From: a virus
DNA length: 64,000 bases
Virus record (IMG/VR): IMGVR_UViG_3300035183_000460
Location: 48,563-112,562 of that record
Direction: 5' to 3' (one strand)
Shown here one piece after another: positions 9,808-21,700 of this stretch. Made by a program: the position numbers and the translations under genes. The notes under the pieces were generated by a model that had not been told where the DNA came from, ran no database searches, and saw only the letters and a program-made list of their open reading frames with translations. How positions within the stretch are numbered: position 1 is the stretch's first letter; each line of letters begins with the position of its first letter.

Positions 9808-11670
9808 ATGACAAGTAGCTCTAAAGAACTATTTGATAAATTAAGAATATCTTTATTAAATATTGATCCTGTAGCGTTTGTTGAATCCTATTTAACATTG
9901 GACGGACATCCATTTTCATTAACTAATAATGGATATAAACCCTTTGCAGATATTTATAGATATGTTGGCATTAAAGCATTAGAACCAGATTCTAAACCTG
10001 TTATTTTAGTAAAAGGTCGTCAGGTAGGCGGTACAACAATGGCAACCGCTTTGGAAATGTATTTTATGGGCAGCGGATTATTTGGTACAGGAAATAAGCC
10101 TCCAATTAGAATCATACACGCTTTTCCTCAATTGGAAGTTGCTGCAGCATATTCTAAAACTAAATTAAATCCAATGATTTCTGGGTCAGTTCGTAGAGAC
10201 TCACATTCAAAAAAATCTGGAGAAAAAAACAAATCTTATTTGCAATCATTATTAGATACTACAACAGATACAAATAATTCTTTACATTTTAAACAGTTTG
10301 TTGGTGGTAATCATATTTGGATTGAATCTACAGGTTTAGATGCTGACCGTCTTCGTGGTCGTACCGCAGATGTTATTTTTTTTGATGAATGTCAAGATAT
10401 TCCAGATGTTGCAATTAACAATGCAACTAAAATGCTTTCACAGGCAAAATATGGTGCTATTGGATCTGGGGTTCAAATGTATTTTGGTACTCCTAAGAAA
10501 AAAGGATCTGGATATCACAAAATGTGGCTGGCATCCAACCAACAATATTATTATCTTGGTTGTGAAAAATGTAAAAAACATTTTCCTTTATATACACCAG
10601 AATCAGATGATTGGGAGAAAATTTGGTTGTATGAATACATTGTAAGATGTACTCACTGCAATCATGAACAAGATAAAAGACAGGCTGCTGAGAGAGGTAA
10701 ATGGGTAGCATCTACTAATACAGAAGACGCTATTTATATAGGATTTCATATTAATCAATTATATATGCCTTTATTGAAAAAGGAGCATATTTTATCACAA
10801 AAACCTGGAGTACATCCAACTGCAACTGAAAGATCTTATCGTAATGAAGTTTTAGGAGAATTTTTTCAAGGAGATGCAAGTCCTATTACTCCAGAAGAAA
10901 TTAGAATTAATTGTGGTGATATTGAAAGGAAATTTAGAGCAAGAATACAACCAAATGAAGAAAAAATGGTTGTATTAGGAATTGACTATGGTGCTAGATC
11001 TGATTTAGAGCAATTAGCAAATCCAAATACATCTAAGATTCAGGGACAATCATATAGTACTGCAGTTGTTTTATCAGTTAAAGGTCCCGGTCTATTATCT
11101 ATAGAATTCGCTACAAAATTTAAAAGAAATGATATGGATAGTAAAAAGGGAATTATTGATCAAATAATGAGGCAATATAGTGTAAATTTAGCAATTGGAG
11201 ATATAGGATATTCAAATGATTTTTCTACTATGCTTCATAACAGTTATGGTGACAGATATATCGTATCTAGAGCTCATAATAAAGTAAATAATCACATAAA
11301 GTATAATAAGGATTCATATCCTAAAGAATTAGTTTTTGAGAGAGATTTTTATATTAGCGAATTATTTGAAATTATGAAAAAAGGACAAATAAGGTTTCCA
11401 TTAGGAGATTTTGAAAAAGTAGGATGGTTAATAAATCATTGTTCTAGCATGGAAATTAAATCGTCTATATCTAGATCTGGAGATCCAACTGTTCATTATG
11501 TTAAAGGTAGTACACCTAATGATGGATTTATGGCATTACTAAATGCTTATTTAGCATATAAGTTTTTATTAACTGACGGATTTACAAATTTTAACCCATT
11601 ATTACAAAAACAAGAATTAAAAAATAATAAGCCTTTGGCTGTAATTGGATTTATTCCTCGTAGATTTTAA
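9808..11670 (+). CDS. terL: Terminase large subunit (lambda gpA-like, with a Zn-binding insertion)
   Basis: Walker A KGRQVGGTT, LRGRTADVIFFDE Walker B, GTP coupling motif, CEKC...CTHC, and RNase H-like VLGIDYG...PNDG. Confidence 0.93.
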   Translation: MTSSSKELFDKLRISLLNIDPVAFVESYLTLDGHPFSLTNNGYKPFADIYRYVGIKALEPDSKPVILVKGRQVGGTTMATALEMYFMGSGLFGTGNKPPIRIIHAFPQLEVAAAYSKTKLNPMISGSVRRDSHSKKSGEKNKSYLQSLLDTTTDTNNSLHFKQFVGGNHIWIESTGLDADRLRGRTADVIFFDECQDIPDVAINNATKMLSQAKYGAIGSGVQMYFGTPKKKGSGYHKMWLASNQQYYYLGCEKCKKHFPLYTPESDDWEKIWLYEYIVRCTHCNHEQDKRQAAERGKWVASTNTEDAIYIGFHINQLYMPLLKKEHILSQKPGVHPTATERSYRNEVLGEFFQGDASPITPEEIRINCGDIERKFRARIQPNEEKMVVLGIDYGARSDLEQLANPNTSKIQGQSYSTAVVLSVKGPGLLSIEFATKFKRNDMDSKKGIIDQIMRQYSVNLAIGDIGYSNDFSTMLHNSYGDRYIVSRAHNKVNNHIKYNKDSYPKELVFERDFYISELFEIMKKGQIRFPLGDFEKVGWLINHCSSMEIKSSISRSGDPTVHYVKGSTPNDGFMALLNAYLAYKFLLTDGFTNFNPLLQKQELKNNKPLAVIGFIPRRF

Positions 11671-11977
11671 ATATTTAATTGTTTTATGCAAATAAAACAA
11701 TAAGATTCGTTATAATGATCATTTACATATAATTTAATGTATTGTTATATATTTTCACAATAGTATATGTTTTCATTATAACCAACTATTATACTGATAT
11801 ATCTAAAGATAGAATATACATTGAAAATAAATAAATAACTTTATATATTTTGCTATGAAAACACAAAAAGTATAGACGTCAGAACATCAATAAGTCTATT
11901 TTACAGTATAAATAATGATAGTTACAAGATATCTACATTATATTGTTAATAATTGACAGTCTACTATAAAAGGAAAT

Positions 11978-13735
11978 ATGTCTTTTATTAAATCAAAATC
12001 AGAAAAGTTCTTAGAGCGTAGAGGAAATGTTCCTCAAATTAGTGCTATAATGGCACAATCAGTATCAGAATATAGACGTGATATGTTAGCAAACGAAGTT
12101 GCTCACGGATTATTTTCAGATGGATCAGATAGAAATATAAAAAATGAATTAACTGATGCTGGAAATGTTACATCATCAGTTGGCATTATTAAAAATGCAC
12201 AGGTTACTACCACTAATTATCGTGGTAACAATGATACAGTAAAACAAACACCTGAAATTTATTCTCCTTTATGGTTAAATTCAAATCTTAATTTACCAAG
12301 AGATCGTGCAACTATTAATGCGTGGTGTCGTAGTTTTTATGCATTAAATCCATTTGTTCATAATGCTATAAATCTTCATAGTACATATCCTATTAGCAAA
12401 TTAAATATAAAATGTGCCAACAAGGAAGTTGAAAATTTCTTTAATGATATGATTGAAGAAATTGATTTGATGAATATTTGTGTTCAAATAGCACAAGAAT
12501 TTTGGTTATTAGGAGAAGCTTTTGTTTATGCCGAATTAGATATTTCTAAGGGAAAATGGAGTAGGTTATTTATTCAAAATCCTGACTACATGATAGTTAA
12601 ACGTACAGCAATAGCATCAGATCCTATAATAATGTTAAGACCTGATGAAAATTTGAAACGAATAGTATTTTCTAATAAGCCGTCAGATATTGAGCAAAGA
12701 AAGCAATTAAATAATCATATTATTGATTGTGTTAAGCGTGGAGAAAATATTCCTTTAGATGGATTCAATGTTTCTCATTTATCAAGAAAAATTAGCCCAT
12801 ATGAAATTCGTGGAACCGGTTTACCTGTATGTATTTTTCGTCAATTAATGCTTTTTGATAAACTTCGTGAAAGCAAATATGCTCAAGCCGATAATATGAT
12901 TAATCCGCTAACATTAGTTAAAGTTGGTGGCGGTGATGGTGGATATAAGCCTACTTTTGCTGATCTTGAAAATTGGAGATCGATTTTTGAAGAAGCTCAA
13001 TATGATAAAGATTTTAAAATATTTACTCATGAAGGTGTTACTATAGAGCGTATTGGTGCAGGTAGTGGCATATATGATATTTCTTCTGATATTACTCAAT
13101 TAGTTAAAGAAATTTATACAGGTTTGCAAGTTCCATCAGTATTAATGGATGGCGGATCTGATACCACTTATGCAAACGGAGGGGTAGCTTTAGATGTATT
13201 AAGACAACGCTATATGCAGTTTAGAAATATGTTAGCAATATGGCTAAAAAGAAAAATATTTGCTCCAATTTCTAAATTACAAGGATTTTATGAATATAAG
13301 GGTAATGGTAATAAATCTGAAAAGCAATTAATCGTGCCAGAAGTAGAATGGAATCATATGTCATTATTTGATGCTGGCGATTATATTCAAAATTTGATTA
13401 ATTTAACTCAAGGAGAAGGTGAAGCAAAACGTGTATCATTGACTACATTATATAAGTCGCTAGGACTAGAATGGGAAGATGAAATGCGTAAAATGCGTAA
13501 AGAGGCTATTTGTGCTGCTATTGCTAAAAAAGAAAAAGCAGCATTAGAGGCAATGGATTTGACAGCATTGAGATCTTTAAGTGATGATGATGAGATTATG
13601 GAGCCATCATCTACCAATGAATCTGCTGTACCTGGTGAACCGTCTGGAGAAAAATCTGATTTAGGTACGTTACCAGGAATGGAATCACCAACTGCATCTC
13701 CATCTATGCCTCCTGCAACTCCACCTACATCATAA
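11978..13735 (+). CDS. Portal protein
   Basis: Directly follows terL. Portal-type segments FWLLGEAFVY, SPYEIRGTG and EIYTGLQVPSVL...TYAN. Pro-rich C-tail. AAGGA RBS. Confidence 0.85.
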   Translation: MSFIKSKSEKFLERRGNVPQISAIMAQSVSEYRRDMLANEVAHGLFSDGSDRNIKNELTDAGNVTSSVGIIKNAQVTTTNYRGNNDTVKQTPEIYSPLWLNSNLNLPRDRATINAWCRSFYALNPFVHNAINLHSTYPISKLNIKCANKEVENFFNDMIEEIDLMNICVQIAQEFWLLGEAFVYAELDISKGKWSRLFIQNPDYMIVKRTAIASDPIIMLRPDENLKRIVFSNKPSDIEQRKQLNNHIIDCVKRGENIPLDGFNVSHLSRKISPYEIRGTGLPVCIFRQLMLFDKLRESKYAQADNMINPLTLVKVGGGDGGYKPTFADLENWRSIFEEAQYDKDFKIFTHEGVTIERIGAGSGIYDISSDITQLVKEIYTGLQVPSVLMDGGSDTTYANGGVALDVLRQRYMQFRNMLAIWLKRKIFAPISKLQGFYEYKGNGNKSEKQLIVPEVEWNHMSLFDAGDYIQNLINLTQGEGEAKRVSLTTLYKSLGLEWEDEMRKMRKEAICAAIAKKEKAALEAMDLTALRSLSDDDEIMEPSSTNESAVPGEPSGEKSDLGTLPGMESPTASPSMPPATPPTS

Positions 13736-13989
13736 TATAGATTATAGGCGGCAAATAATCATTAGTTTATTATTGTTATTTTGATGTTATAATGTACTTA
13801 TTAACATACATCACACTATATTTATAATTGTATTAATAATTACATATTGAGCAACATGAGATATGTATCATAAGACTATACAAAGAAATCTTATAATCAT
13901 ACTATTTTGGTAGTCTGAATACATAAGACTATGTATATTTAGGTATCAATTATGTTAAATATACTAGTTACATTAGTATTGGAGTATTT

Positions 13990-15210
13990 ATGAATAAAAT
14001 AGCTCAGAGAAGAAGTCTACTCAGTAAATTGCGTGAAAAATTAGATATTGGTGGTCATGCTGCTGAAATGTTTAGTCCTACATTTGCTAAAATTATGGAA
14101 GATCTAAATAATATTGATGATTCTATTAGAGAAATATTATTAGAATCTGATTTAAAGGGTTTACTTGCAGAGGCAAGATCTAATTTTAATCGTCGAGAAT
14201 ATATGTTATCAGTTTCAAAATTAAAAGATTTTCATACAATATTAGATAAAATTTATAAGATTCTTAGTAATTTTAAAGCAGATGTTTCTCGTGTTCATGA
14301 AGAATTTTTATTTAAAGATTTAGATGAAGAAACAAAACAAAGTTTGCTTGGATTAAAATCAAAATTTGATACAACTGCATCTTTATCTAATATCTTGTTT
14401 AAAGAAGCAGGCATTTTAGATTGGTGGTATACTATTACTACTGATCGTGGTAAAGCTATGAGGGCTTGGGAAAAAAGATATCCTGATAAAATGAGACAAT
14501 TAAAATCTCAAACAGATTTATTAATTTCTAGGTCTGAGCAGCTTTTTGATCTACTATTAAAAGAATTAAAAAATATGTCTTGGGCTCGCGCCAAAAGAAA
14601 AGTTGAAGACTATTTAAAATCATCTGAAAAATTCATTAAAAAATATGAAGAATATAATAAACAATTTAAACAATATTATGTAGATAATATTAAAAATTTT
14701 GTTGAAAAATTACAACTAGAAACATCTAAAAAAGTTGTAACTGATGACGATGAAGGTAAGCAATTAATTTCTTTGCCTAAGACAGAACCTATTAAGCCAA
14801 AGATACCTACCGAACAGGCTAAACAAGAATCTTTGAGTAAGTTAGACACTATTTATGGTCCTGATACAGAAACTGCTGAAAAAAGGCGCCAGAAAGCTGA
14901 ATTAAGAAAAGAATTAGAGTATGCCGAACAACAGAAAAAAAAGCAACTTGCAGAGGAAAGTGCAAAAAATACAGTAGATAAAGATAAAGAAAAAAATACA
15001 GTAGATAAAGAAAAAGATAAAGATAACGATAAAAATGTAAAATCATCAAAATCTTCTCATCAGAGATTTCTAAATACTTTAGAGATATTAGCAAATGAGC
15101 ATCCTATAATTTTAGCTAAAGAAATATATAAATACGCTAAATATATAGAAAATACAGACAAACAAACTAGTTTAAAACTTTTTAAAATTGTTGATGGTAT
15201 TATAAAGTAA
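13990..15210 (+). CDS. Hypothetical coiled-coil head-module protein
   Basis: GGAG RBS, 406 aa. MNKIAQ and FKEAG motifs. Confidence 0.75.
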   Translation: MNKIAQRRSLLSKLREKLDIGGHAAEMFSPTFAKIMEDLNNIDDSIREILLESDLKGLLAEARSNFNRREYMLSVSKLKDFHTILDKIYKILSNFKADVSRVHEEFLFKDLDEETKQSLLGLKSKFDTTASLSNILFKEAGILDWWYTITTDRGKAMRAWEKRYPDKMRQLKSQTDLLISRSEQLFDLLLKELKNMSWARAKRKVEDYLKSSEKFIKKYEEYNKQFKQYYVDNIKNFVEKLQLETSKKVVTDDDEGKQLISLPKTEPIKPKIPTEQAKQESLSKLDTIYGPDTETAEKRRQKAELRKELEYAEQQKKKQLAEESAKNTVDKDKEKNTVDKEKDKDNDKNVKSSKSSHQRFLNTLEILANEHPIILAKEIYKYAKYIENTDKQTSLKLFKIVDGIIK

Positions 15211-15980
15211 TGGGTCAAAGAGTTCCACGTATTAGAACAGAAGTCTCTGAATCAGAACTGGTAAAAGCATTAATTGATGCTTGGCAGAAACTTTTTGGTT
15301 CTATGCCAACTAAAGAACAAATAGCTATGCTATTGGCACAAAATGCTTTGGAAACTGGGCATAGAAGAAGTATGTGGAACTACAATATTGGTAATGTAAC
15401 TACTGATGGCAAAGGAAAATACAATTATTTTGATGATCTTACAACAAATGAACAAATTTCTCCAGGTAAATGGAAGAAAATGAATTTGAAGTATCGTGCT
15501 TTTAATACTTTAGAGGAGGGTGCGTTAGATTATATTCAATTTTTGAAAAATAATTATGCTAATGCATGGCAGCATATAATAAATCCAAATCCAGAAGAAT
15601 ATTCTAAAGCATTAAAAAAAGCCGGATATTATACTGCAGATGAAATTCCATATACACAAAATATGGTTAGTTTGTTTTCACATTTTAATAAGTCGCCTGA
15701 ATATGATAAAGTAAAATCTGGAATTACAGAAGAATCAAACGTGATGGTAAATAACGATTCTATATCTAATAAATCTAATTTTATTATGAAAATAAAGGAC
15801 TTGTTAGATGAGTTAATGGTATCATTATCATCGTTAGAAAAATATAATATTGTTAAAAAACAAAAATTAAATATTAATACTTTTTCATATATAGATAGGG
15901 CGTATAAAAATAAAAAAATTGCTAGGAAAAATTTTATTAAAATAATGGATAAAATATGGTATCCGAACAAGAATGTTTAA
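15210..15980 (+). CDS. GH73 / FlgJ-like glucosaminidase (peptidoglycan hydrolase)
   Basis: AQNALETG (catalytic E), YNIGNV, YRAFNTLEEGALDY and ALKKAGYYTAD...Y. Confidence 0.85.
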   Translation: MGQRVPRIRTEVSESELVKALIDAWQKLFGSMPTKEQIAMLLAQNALETGHRRSMWNYNIGNVTTDGKGKYNYFDDLTTNEQISPGKWKKMNLKYRAFNTLEEGALDYIQFLKNNYANAWQHIINPNPEEYSKALKKAGYYTADEIPYTQNMVSLFSHFNKSPEYDKVKSGITEESNVMVNNDSISNKSNFIMKIKDLLDELMVSLSSLEKYNIVKKQKLNINTFSYIDRAYKNKKIARKNFIKIMDKIWYPNKNV

Positions 15981-16339
15981 ATTTGGCGTCAGAATTAAGT
16001 AGTAAAGAACATACTTTTGCAGAATACATTGCCAAATTATTTACAGGAAAATTAATTGAATTATATGTTGGTGATTCATATGAGCATATTACTTTAGATC
16101 AGCATTCTTCACAATATCCTGCAGTGTTTTGTGGTAAAGTAGTTGGAGCATATAAAGAATGTTTAATTATAAATTCTGTTTATGTTAAAGAAAAACAAAT
16201 TACATTTGGTAAAATAATATTAATTAATGAAAGATCTATTAAAGCTTTAAGTGAAGTTGATGGAAAAGGTAAATTACAAGAATTATTTTTGAGTAGTGCC
16301 GATACAGTTAGGGTAATAAAAGATTTGGTTGGTAAATAA
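15956..16339 (+). CDS. Hypothetical small beta-rich protein
   Basis: 127-aa ORF overlapping both neighbours. Confidence 0.65.
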   Translation: MVSEQECLNLASELSSKEHTFAEYIAKLFTGKLIELYVGDSYEHITLDQHSSQYPAVFCGKVVGAYKECLIINSVYVKEKQITFGKIILINERSIKALSEVDGKGKLQELFLSSADTVRVIKDLVGK

Positions 16340-17022
16340 TGAATGAAAATTATATTTATAAAATCGCTTATATTAAAAAATTGCCTGGCAATAAATGGAG
16401 AGTCCTTTCAGAAAAAGGAAAAAATTTAGGAACATATGATTCAAAAGAAGAGGCAGAAAAGCGATTAAAACAAATTGAAATGTTTAAACATATGAAAAAA
16501 AAGAAGGCTTCTGTTATTGATTTAACAGATGTAGATAATTTTAGTCTATCTGCAATTATGAGAAAAATGAGAAAAGAATGTTCTAATGAACAGATATTAG
16601 ACTTTCTTAAAATTTATAAAAATTATTTTGATGATGCTATTAAAAGGGGATTGGAAAATCCAGAAAAATTATCTTTATCAAAATCATTGGTAGATTTTAA
16701 TAAAATTAATCCAATAAAAATAAATAAAAATGTAATTAAAACTGCAGCTATTACAGAGCTTGGAAATCCTGCTCAAGTAGGTCAATATTTAGCTAATATT
16801 ATTAAATTTATATTAAGAAGGATATCTGAAAAAAATCGTGTAAAAGCAATTTTAAATCTTAAAAGTAAATTATATAATTTAAATGTTAATGAAATTGCTT
16901 CTAAGCAAATGCCAGCATCATCTGCACTTGGACAATCTATTACTTTAGTTAAACATATTTTATTTAATCATGATCCTAAATATGTTAAAGAAGTTATTGA
17001 TAACATAATAATAAACTTATAA
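16339..17022 (+). CDS. Hypothetical head-module protein
   Basis: 227 aa. A small N-terminal domain (WRVLSEKGKNLGTYDSKEEAEKRLKQIEMFK) is bracketed by KIAY and KKAS. Confidence 0.7.
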   Translation: MNENYIYKIAYIKKLPGNKWRVLSEKGKNLGTYDSKEEAEKRLKQIEMFKHMKKKKASVIDLTDVDNFSLSAIMRKMRKECSNEQILDFLKIYKNYFDDAIKRGLENPEKLSLSKSLVDFNKINPIKINKNVIKTAAITELGNPAQVGQYLANIIKFILRRISEKNRVKAILNLKSKLYNLNVNEIASKQMPASSALGQSITLVKHILFNHDPKYVKEVIDNIIINL

Positions 17023-17031
17023 TGATAAAAA

Positions 17032-17766
17032 ATGATAAAACGATTTAGAAAAGTAACAAATAATTTGTATAGAGGCGGTGCTCCATCAGTAAAAGATGTA
17101 GTTAAGCTTAATAAATTATTTGGTATACAAAAAATTGTAAGTTTAGATGCTTCTGCAGGAGAAAAAATACATAATATATGCAAAATGTTAAACATAGAAC
17201 ATATTATTATTCCTTTAGATGGTTCTAGAAAAAGTATATTTAATTTATTTTCTTATGATTTAAAAGAATTATTGGATAGTGGTGTTCCTACATTTGTACA
17301 TTGTCAAGAAGGCAAAGATAGAACTGGTTTTGTTATAGCATTATTTAAATGTAAATATTTAAATGTAGATCCTTCAGATGCTATTAAAGAAGCGGAAGGT
17401 TTAGGGTTTGGTAAAGGAGTATCTCCATCTGTTATTAATCTATATAAAAAAATAATTAATTCAAATGCAGACATAAATAATTCTGATATTGTATCAAATG
17501 AAAGAGAGTATATACAAGATGAAAAATCATCTGCTTTAGATAGAGCAGATAGGGGTTCTTTTGCTCCTTATCTAGATAAGACTAGGCAATATCCATACGA
17601 TTCGGTATATCAATATCAAAATAGACAGGGAGATACTAGAGATAGTTGCAATGAAAAATATTATGTAAAAACCACACATATTCCGTTAGTTGGATTGTAT
17701 GATAATACTTCTGGGATAAAAGGAGTTGGACCAGTAGAAATTGGTGGAGGTTTTGTTGGAATATAA
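17032..17766 (+). CDS. Protein tyrosine / dual-specificity phosphatase (Cys-based)
   Basis: LYRGGAP and FVHCQEGKDRTG (HCx5R P-loop). Confidence 0.88.
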   Translation: MIKRFRKVTNNLYRGGAPSVKDVVKLNKLFGIQKIVSLDASAGEKIHNICKMLNIEHIIIPLDGSRKSIFNLFSYDLKELLDSGVPTFVHCQEGKDRTGFVIALFKCKYLNVDPSDAIKEAEGLGFGKGVSPSVINLYKKIINSNADINNSDIVSNEREYIQDEKSSALDRADRGSFAPYLDKTRQYPYDSVYQYQNRQGDTRDSCNEKYYVKTTHIPLVGLYDNTSGIKGVGPVEIGGGFVGI

Positions 17767-17839
17767 TCATATTTTAAGTAAATATAATAATTATAAGTAC
17801 AATATTAATATTAAAATTCAATAGATGTTGGAAAAATAA

Positions 17840-18457
17840 ATGAAAAAAGTAGGACTCTCCATAGAAATGTCATATGATATAACTGATGCTGAAAAACAAC
17901 AGGCAGAAAAAGCTGTTTATGCATTTAAACAATCTCTAAAAGTTTTAAAACAAGCTAAAGATCATTTAAATATTATGCTTACTCCATTTAAAGATCATCC
18001 AGATATATCAGAAGATCAAATATTTAAATTTAGAGCAGCATTAAGGCGTTATCGTGATAAATCTATAGAAAATTTTAATAATTTTAAAATTATGGCATTC
18101 AAATGCATTACATTAATGCAAATGTTTTCTTTTGATACTCAAATTTATAAATTAATGAAATCATTTATTGCTTCGATTGAAAAATTAGAAATAGAGGTAA
18201 ATAAATTTGCAGACTTGTTTTCAAATTTAAAATCAAAAGAATTTGTATCAGATATTGTAAAAAGTATTGAGTCTATTAAGAAAGAATGCGACAATATTTA
18301 TAATATTGTTGATTCTCGTCTTATAAGTCATATTAGTACTAATATATTAGCTACTAATTGGGTAGATGAAGTTGGTAAAAAAATTAATAAATCAATAGAG
18401 TATAAAGCTCCATTGATTATTGATTTGTTTAATAAACACAATAATGAAAATAGTTAG
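17840..18457 (+). CDS. Hypothetical helical protein
   Basis: 205-aa ORF. Confidence 0.7.
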   Translation: MKKVGLSIEMSYDITDAEKQQAEKAVYAFKQSLKVLKQAKDHLNIMLTPFKDHPDISEDQIFKFRAALRRYRDKSIENFNNFKIMAFKCITLMQMFSFDTQIYKLMKSFIASIEKLEIEVNKFADLFSNLKSKEFVSDIVKSIESIKKECDNIYNIVDSRLISHISTNILATNWVDEVGKKINKSIEYKAPLIIDLFNKHNNENS

Positions 18458-18581
18458 TAATAATATTAAAAATAATTCTATGAATATTATAATATAGGTG
18501 TTGTATAACTATTTTAGTTGCTTTTTGGTAATAATTAGTTATAATTGTGTGATTATTAAATAATCTTTATAAGGATATATA

Positions 18582-18743
18582 ATGTTTATTAAACATGGTG
18601 ATGGTAAAATAATCTCAGTTTTTAAAAAAGAAGATATTGACGAACAACAAAAAACAGCAATTAATGAAGTCGAAAGTGAAATAAAAAAAGAATCATATAT
18701 AGATCATAAAGATCTTAAAAGTAAAGAACAGAGGTTTAATTAA
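18582..18743 (+). CDS. Small 53-aa protein (not in the ORF track)
   Basis: AAGGA RBS. Reads MFIKHGDGKIISVFKKEDIDEQQKTAINEVESEIKKESYIDHKDLKSKEQRFN*. Its stop overlaps the protease start (TAATG). Confidence 0.7.
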   Translation: MFIKHGDGKIISVFKKEDIDEQQKTAINEVESEIKKESYIDHKDLKSKEQRFN

Positions 18744-21700
18744 TGCAATATGGATTTATTAAATTAGGTGAATGGCTAGAAGCTAGCAGAGTTGAAGAAT
18801 TTTCCTCAGTAGCTCCAATTATTGATGATTTTGTTGTTCAAGAACATTTTAAGAAGATAGCCGCAGGTTTGAAAACAATAGCTCCCAAAGCAGAGGATTT
18901 TTTATATTTTTCTGCTGTAATGATGCATGCCGCTGAAGCTAGCGCGCTTAATCCAGATGGCACACCAAAATTAACAGCAACTGGTGAGCCAGTTAAAGTT
19001 GGTTGGATTAAAGATAAAGGATCTTGGCGTTGGACTACAAATGATAAATCTATTAGACCATATAAAAATTCTAATGGAGACATCTTTCCAGAAGAAGAAT
19101 TAATAAAAGCCCATAGAAAATGGGTTGGTAAACCTCTTTGTGTCGATCATAAATCTGATTCTGTAGATCATGTAAGAGGTTTTATAGTTGATACTTATTA
19201 TGATCGTAATTTAAAACGTGTAGTTGCTTTATGTGCACTTGATAAACATAATTATCCTGAATTAGCTAGAAAAGTAGCAACAGGTTATTCAACATGTGTT
19301 TCTATGGGTACTGCAGTAGGTCAAGCTATTTGTTCTGATTGTGGTCAAGTAGCTAGAACTGAAAAAGATTTTTGTAATCATATGCGCAGTAAAACATGTT
19401 ATGGTGAAATTAATATTGATTTAAGTCCAATTGAATTATCAATTGTTGTTAATGGGGCAGATCCTCAGGCTAAAATTAAACACATTATTGCTGCGGCTAA
19501 TAATTTAAATAATTATGTTTCTTTAAAAGAAAAAGAATTAAACAAACTATCAGTTAATAATAATGCATATGAATTAATTAATATTAGAAAAGATTTAGAT
19601 GAAACTATAACAAAGTTGGCTAAATTGGAAGAAATTATATTAGAAGAAAAATTACAAAAAGATACTAATGATTTAGCATTAAATCAAACGGCTAGTACAG
19701 CAACGATGCAAGAAACTGATGTACCTAGCACAGATTTTAATATAGCTCCGCCAGCTCAAAGATTAGCATCTAAAGAAAAAGATGCTTTAATTAAAGAATT
19801 TCAAGCTATTGCAACTTCATTAGAGGCAAAGGTTGCTGACATGAAAAAAAATTTGGATAAGTTATCAAATAATAATATTTTAAATAAAGAGGAACATATG
19901 TCTGAATCAAAGGATAATTTAAATAAACAAGCATTTTATCAAGGAACAGAAGAACCTACTCCAGGTCAAGCTAAATATACTAAAGATCCATTAAATGAAA
20001 AACTTCGTACTGATGGAGATAAACACATGAATCTTAATCCTAAAGATATTGGAGAAGTTGATGAAATTTTCCCTGGAGATCTAGAAAAGAAAAAAATGCT
20101 GGCTAGGGCTCAGGCTGAAGAACGCGCAATGCGTAGACAATATGCCATATCTAAAGCAAAAGAAGCTTTGGAAAAAAAGTCTTGGTTTCAAGGTGGTGGT
20201 GGCGTTAATGAACCAACTCCTGGTAAAACAAAATATACACCTGATAAAATGAATGAAGATTTGCGTGAAAAATCTGATAAGCAAATGGTTGGCAAAAAAC
20301 CTTTCCCAGGTGTCGGAGATGTAGATGATATGTATCCGAATGATAGAAAAGTTAAAGAGCCACTTAAGAGAGCTTCATTAAGGGCACGATTCGTTAAGGC
20401 TGCTAATAAAGATGGCACTCAAAATCTTGGTGATAGTGCATGGGAAGTTTATTTGGGTGACGAATTATTACTTACTGCTTCCGTATCTGATCTTTCTGGT
20501 CAACGTGCAGAATTACTATATGATACTATTGCTACAAAAGATTTTGGTAGCAAATTAATTGAAAAGATAAAAGTGTTTGGTGCTGATAAAGTTGCTAAAA
20601 TGTACAAAATTGCACAAGATGTTGCTCCAGGTACTGCAGCACAAAACGTAGCTCCAGCACAAAACGCAGCTCCAGCACAAGTTACACCTCCAAATCCTAA
20701 TGTAGTTCCAGCTAAAGATGCTGTTCAGACACCTGATGCAACTCAAACATCAAGTACTGATGCAACTACAGATGCTGGTTCAGCAAAAGGTGATCCAAAA
20801 GAAACAGTTAAAGATTTAATGAATAAGACAGTAGATGTAGTATCTGATCTTAAAGAATCAGTTGATGCATTAATTGGTGAGCAATCTGAAATGGGTGATT
20901 TGGGAGAGTTGGGCAAATCTGCTTCAGATACCAATACTGCTTTAAATAAGATGAGAGTTGAACTTAATGGCGCTCTTATTGATGCTATGAAAGAAACAAT
21001 TGCAGAATTAGAAGATCATCATGAAGAATTAAAGATGATTTATGCAATGTATGATAAAGGCACAATTAGTTCGTCAAATGATGAATTTGTTAAATCTATT
21101 GTTGAAGACGCTATAACTGACGCAAAAACTTCACTTGCTGACTCATTTAAATTAATGAGTGCGTTTGTTAAATATGCCCGTGGTACTGAGGCTATTGTAA
21201 AGCGTGCATCATTAGAGGCAGATTTAAATAAATTAGCAGAATCAAATATGGAATTAGAAGAATCAGATTTAGATGATTTAGATCGTGATAATAATGGAGA
21301 ATTAATGGATATGATAGAGTCTACCGATACAGATCTCTCTAATCTAAAAAAAGAAGTTGATTATGTAGATGATTCATCATCTGTTGATTCGTCTTCTTCT
21401 GATTCATCATCTGTTGATTCGTCTTCTTATGATTCATCATCTGTTGATTCATCTTCTTCTGATTCATCATCAGTTGATGATTCTTGTGATGAACAATCTG
21501 CAGATATGGTAGCTGTAGAAACACCATCTGGTAAAAAAGTAACAGTTCCACAAGGTTCTAAGGTTTCTGAAGCTTCATTTGATTTACAAACAAAAGAAGG
21601 CAGGGCATTATATAGAGCTAAATTAGCATCTGAAATGTTAGAAACAAGCCCTCATTTAAATGAAGCTCATCCAAAAGGTGGGTATACTACTGATTTAGAT

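Noticed and set aside
13869-13932. 11-bp direct repeat cataagactat in the intergenic region after portal
   Set aside because: Only two copies in AT-rich DNA, so it cannot be distinguished from chance.
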